Of a DNA stretch of 64,000 nt, positions 61,242 to 64,000 are shown one piece after another. A program made the translations under genes and the position numbers. The notes beneath the pieces were generated by a model. That model ran no database searches, was not told where the DNA came from, and was given only the letters and a program-made list of their open reading frames with translations. The stretch is taken from positions 736,001 through 800,000 of the forward strand of contig CM000433.1 in NCBI GenBank assembly GCA_000165345.1. The letters are read 5' to 3'. Numbering within the stretch: the stretch's first letter is position 1; each line of letters begins with the position of its first letter.

Positions 61242-64000
61242 ATGAATAAGATTAAGTTATTAGCATATATTTTGTGGATATTTCAGGCCTTCTTGGAGAT
61301 TACGGAAGGAGTAGTTAAAAAGGTTCCGATAGTGAGTTCTTCGGGACTTGTTTGCGAAGATAATCCATCTGTAGCAGAAAGTGGTTATTCATGTTCATTT
61401 CTGGCAAGAAGATTTGGAGGTTTTCTTGGATGTGAAAAATTGCTCAAGGATTTGGCTCAAGATAGTTTACCTCCAGGGATACCAGGGAATACAAGAGTAG
61501 TGGATGCATGCCCAAGTTCTTGTAATAAGTGTCGGGAATGCTCTCCAGGATGTGCTTTATGGTTTATAGGCAATGGAGTTTGCGATCCAGAATGCGACAA
61601 TCTTTCCTGTCAGTTTGATGGAGGAGATTGTTGGAAGGTTGATTGCAAACTTTCAGCCTGGTCTTCTTGGTCAGCATGCTCTGTAACTTGTGGGCCGGGA
61701 GGAAGAGTAACTAGAACAAGACAAATAGTTGTAAGTCCAAGAAATGGAGGAGAAACATGTGGAGCTCTCAAGGCTGAAGAAACCGGATGTAATTCCCATA
61801 TTCCCTGTCCCTTGAGTTGTACTGTCTCTGAATGGGGTAATTGGTCACGATGTTCTTTAACTTGTGGAATAGGTCACCAAATGAGAGAGAGGTCGGTAAT
61901 TAAGGCTCCAAAGGACCAGAATCTATTTCAATGTCCAGAAACTAGACAGATAAGAGAGTGCATACAAGATACATGCTCAAGCAATTGTACTTTGGGAGAG
62001 TTTAAATTCAAGTCAGCTGTTTCTGGATCTCCCTGTTTAATGGAGAAAGGATGCGTAGAAAGGAGAGAAATACTTCATCCTCCTTTTAAGCCTGAACTTG
62101 GAAATTTTACTTGCAAAGTGGAGGAAAGACCTTCAGATTGTTTAGGTCTGCATTTGGGTTGTCCAGGCCCCTGCGAGTTTTCAGAATGGTCAGGATGGTC
62201 CTTGTGCTCATATTACAAAAATGAAGGGCTTGGATTTGATGATGAAGCTTCCAAGTATAAGTTGTTAAAGAAGAGAAGAAGGGTTGCAAGAAGAAGAATG
62301 AGAGACGCGAATTGTGAGGATGAATTGGAATATAAAGAATGTGATGAATCAGAGAGACATGGTGTTGAAGCCTTGGTGAGATGCAACATGGGAGATTGGT
62401 CATCTTGGTCTTCTTGTTCGACAAGCTGTGGCCTTGGATCCAGGTTAAGAGCTAGATGGTTATTAAGCGAGCCTGAGAATGAGGAGGCTTTATCGGAGAA
62501 TCTGATTAATTCGGAAAGTGTTTGTGGTCCTCTTTTTCAGACTAAGGCTTGCAATGATAGATCTTGCTTGACCGAGGGATGCAAAGTATCTGATTGGGGG
62601 CAATGGTCAGCTTGTTCAAGTAAGTCTTGTAATTTCCCAGGGCTCTCAAAGAGACAAAGAAGTGTCATATCATTACCAAGAAAGGGTGACTGCCCAGTTT
62701 TAGAGGAAAGTAGAGACTGCTTAGGAGCATGTGACCATTCGGTTTCAGTAAGTAAGTCCAACTGTATGTTTGGAGATTGGTCATCCTGGTCAACATGTCA
62801 GGACGACTGTTATACTAGGTATAACAATAGTAGCGGCGCAAATAGGAGTGAAAAGGAGAAGCCTAAAAGGTACAGACACAAAATGATAATATTTAATCCA
62901 AAGGACAAGGATTGCTCCAAAGAAAATGAATATTTAGAGGTTGAAAACTGTGAAGGAGGCTGCGAAAATGCAAATGTGGAGATTTGCCAGGTAAGTGAAT
63001 GGGGACCTTGGAGCAGCTGTAGTGCAAATTGTGATGGAGGATCAAGAAGGAGGATCAGAGAGAGGATAAACTCCGGAAGAGGAGTTGGGAAGGCAGGGTC
63101 ACGCCCATTGACAAGAGGGGTTTCTAGTAGTTGTCCTTCACTCTTAGAAGTGGAGAAATGCAATACTCATCCCTGTGAGTATAGTTGTGAGCTTTCCCCA
63201 TGGTACTCGAATTCCAAAAAAAGTACTGGTCCTCAGGATAGAAGAGGAAATAGAAGCGATGCAATGCTTGAAGATGAAAGGAATGAGGATATAGTTATTT
63301 CAGATTGTTCTACAAAATGTGGAATTGGAGTTGTGGAAAGATCAAGAAGAATTCTGAGTGGAGGGTTTGTCATTTCTAGTAATGAAGAGCAAAATCAGTA
63401 TACCTCCAAGGTATGCGGCCCTTTAAAGGATACTATTAAGTGTGTGAGAATCTCAGAAGGGTGTAGTGTTGATTGTCAAGTTGGAGAATGGAGTTCTTGG
63501 TCAGCTTGCTCAAAAAGTTGTGGAGAAGGATTCCAAAATAGGTCTAGAGAGCTTTTAGTTCCTTCTTTGGGAAGGAAATGTGAATTGGCTACCGAAGAAC
63601 TAAGAGAATGTTTTGAAAGACCTTGCCCAAGCTCCTGTCAAGTTTCACCTTGGTCGGAGTGGACAATGTGTTTAGGAGGATGCGATGAAAAACCTTACAA
63701 GAGAAGGGAAAGAAAAATACTGGAAGCTCCTGCTCCTGGACAAAATTGTTTAGCATTAGAAGAGAAGGTAGATGCTGAAGAGGAGTGTCCAAGAATTGAG
63801 AGGTGTCCCTCTGACTGTAAAGTAGGAGAATGGTCTTCCTGGTCTGAATGTGACGCAAAATGTGGGATTGGAGTAGAAAAAAGACTTAGGAAGGTGGTAA
63901 AAAGGGAATCAAAGGGAGGTGCGCCGTGTCCAAATCTGGAGGACTTACGTCCCTGCTCAAGAGAAGCCTGTAAGTCTGACTGTGTATTAGGGGAATGGAC
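61242..64000 (+). CDS. Thrombospondin type-1 repeat (TSP1) adhesin with N-terminal signal peptide and a Notch/LNR (Lin-12) module. At least 10 TSP1 repeats. The ORF is open to the window end (3' partial).
   Basis: Signal peptide MNKIKLLAYILWIFQAFLEI. LNR module CALWFIGNGVCDPECDNLSCQFDGGDC. Repeated W-x-x-W-x-x-C-S-x-x-C-G motifs with basic tails follow, for example WSSWSACSVTCGPGGRVTRTR, WGNWSRCSLTCGIGHQMRERS, WSSWSSCSTSCGLGSRLRAR, WGPWSSCSANCDGGSRRRIRER, WSSWSACSKSCGEGFQNRSREL and WSSWSECDAKCGIGVEKRLRKV. No stop codon to 64000. Confidence 0.9.
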   Translation, partial: MNKIKLLAYILWIFQAFLEITEGVVKKVPIVSSSGLVCEDNPSVAESGYSCSFLARRFGGFLGCEKLLKDLAQDSLPPGIPGNTRVVDACPSSCNKCRECSPGCALWFIGNGVCDPECDNLSCQFDGGDCWKVDCKLSAWSSWSACSVTCGPGGRVTRTRQIVVSPRNGGETCGALKAEETGCNSHIPCPLSCTVSEWGNWSRCSLTCGIGHQMRERSVIKAPKDQNLFQCPETRQIRECIQDTCSSNCTLGEFKFKSAVSGSPCLMEKGCVERREILHPPFKPELGNFTCKVEERPSDCLGLHLGCPGPCEFSEWSGWSLCSYYKNEGLGFDDEASKYKLLKKRRRVARRRMRDANCEDELEYKECDESERHGVEALVRCNMGDWSSWSSCSTSCGLGSRLRARWLLSEPENEEALSENLINSESVCGPLFQTKACNDRSCLTEGCKVSDWGQWSACSSKSCNFPGLSKRQRSVISLPRKGDCPVLEESRDCLGACDHSVSVSKSNCMFGDWSSWSTCQDDCYTRYNNSSGANRSEKEKPKRYRHKMIIFNPKDKDCSKENEYLEVENCEGGCENANVEICQVSEWGPWSSCSANCDGGSRRRIRERINSGRGVGKAGSRPLTRGVSSSCPSLLEVEKCNTHPCEYSCELSPWYSNSKKSTGPQDRRGNRSDAMLEDERNEDIVISDCSTKCGIGVVERSRRILSGGFVISSNEEQNQYTSKVCGPLKDTIKCVRISEGCSVDCQVGEWSSWSACSKSCGEGFQNRSRELLVPSLGRKCELATEELRECFERPCPSSCQVSPWSEWTMCLGGCDEKPYKRRERKILEAPAPGQNCLALEEKVDAEEECPRIERCPSDCKVGEWSSWSECDAKCGIGVEKRLRKVVKRESKGGAPCPNLEDLRPCSREACKSDCVLGEW

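Noticed and set aside
62107-63858. Four minus-strand ORFs (62107..62424, 62537..62761, 62810..63163, 63589..63858)
   Set aside because: They are antisense to the continuous TSP1-repeat ORF, whose Cys/Trp periodicity is unmistakable on the plus strand.
1-64000. Prokaryotic reading (operons, defence island, CRISPR, mobile element)
   Set aside because: Actin, histone H2B, GT-AG introns with GTAAGT donors, TSP1/LNR and Kazal extracellular modules and monocistronic divergent promoters make this eukaryotic nuclear DNA. There is no repeat-spacer array, transposase, integrase or terminal inverted repeats.

Overview
This window is AT-rich (roughly 30% GC), gene-dense eukaryotic nuclear DNA, not prokaryotic.

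The evidence for that reading:
- An intronless actin gene and a canonical histone H2B gene.
- Several genes interrupted by tiny GT-AG spliceosomal introns (53-244 nt, plus one of 420 nt) with GTAAGT donors.
- A thrombospondin type-1 repeat adhesin with a Notch/LNR module, and a Kazal-flanked glycoprotein.
- Fe-superoxide dismutase, a lone twin-CX3C small Tim, and an MPP-like peptidase with a presequence.
- Recurrent upstream GGCGGGAA / TGGCGCCA (E2F/G-box-like) and TGCATGCA (AP2-like) motifs.

Together these point to an apicomplexan of the Cryptosporidium type. That assignment is inference from the gene set and genome style; no search was run.

I can support 28 protein-coding genes on both strands, listed in window order.
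- Actin (5' partial at the window start) and histone H2B.
- A SAM-domain TKL-like kinase with HRD replaced by HLN (likely pseudokinase), interrupted by a run of N calls.
- Long-chain acyl-CoA synthetase.
- A 1258-aa secreted coiled-coil protein.
- A proteasome beta-4-like subunit.
- Fe-SOD.
- A three-exon GT8 glycosyltransferase.
- The small Tim.
- A 2xRRM protein, a PRKRIP1-like protein and a TFIIS-central-domain protein.
- A 2093-aa double-PZP/PHD protein.
- A three-exon WD40 protein.
- Derlin, V-ATPase V0 subunit d, a two-exon cyclophilin and adenylate kinase.
- A Vps51/COG1-like tether subunit.
- The Kazal-flanked N-glycosylated secreted protein.
- A 3709-aa orphan giant ORF.
- The two-exon M16 (MPP-like) peptidase.
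- A TPT/NST-family transporter.
- The TSP1 adhesin, which runs off the 3' window edge.
- Two small promoter-supported ORFs of low confidence (the 28 includes these).

There is one tRNA-Thr(AGU). There is no CRISPR array, no rRNA and no obvious mobile element. Noncoding space is short and carries many E2F-like/TGCATGCA motifs, two perfect palindromes (44 nt and 31 nt), GA-rich tracts, coding microsatellites and an N-containing low-quality tract.

I found no prokaryote-style 'system'. The items most worth a second look are the orphan giant ORF, the pseudokinase, the secreted Kazal/TSP/coiled-coil proteins, possible mitosome-targeting extensions on SOD and the MPP-like peptidase, and the intergenic palindromes and motifs.
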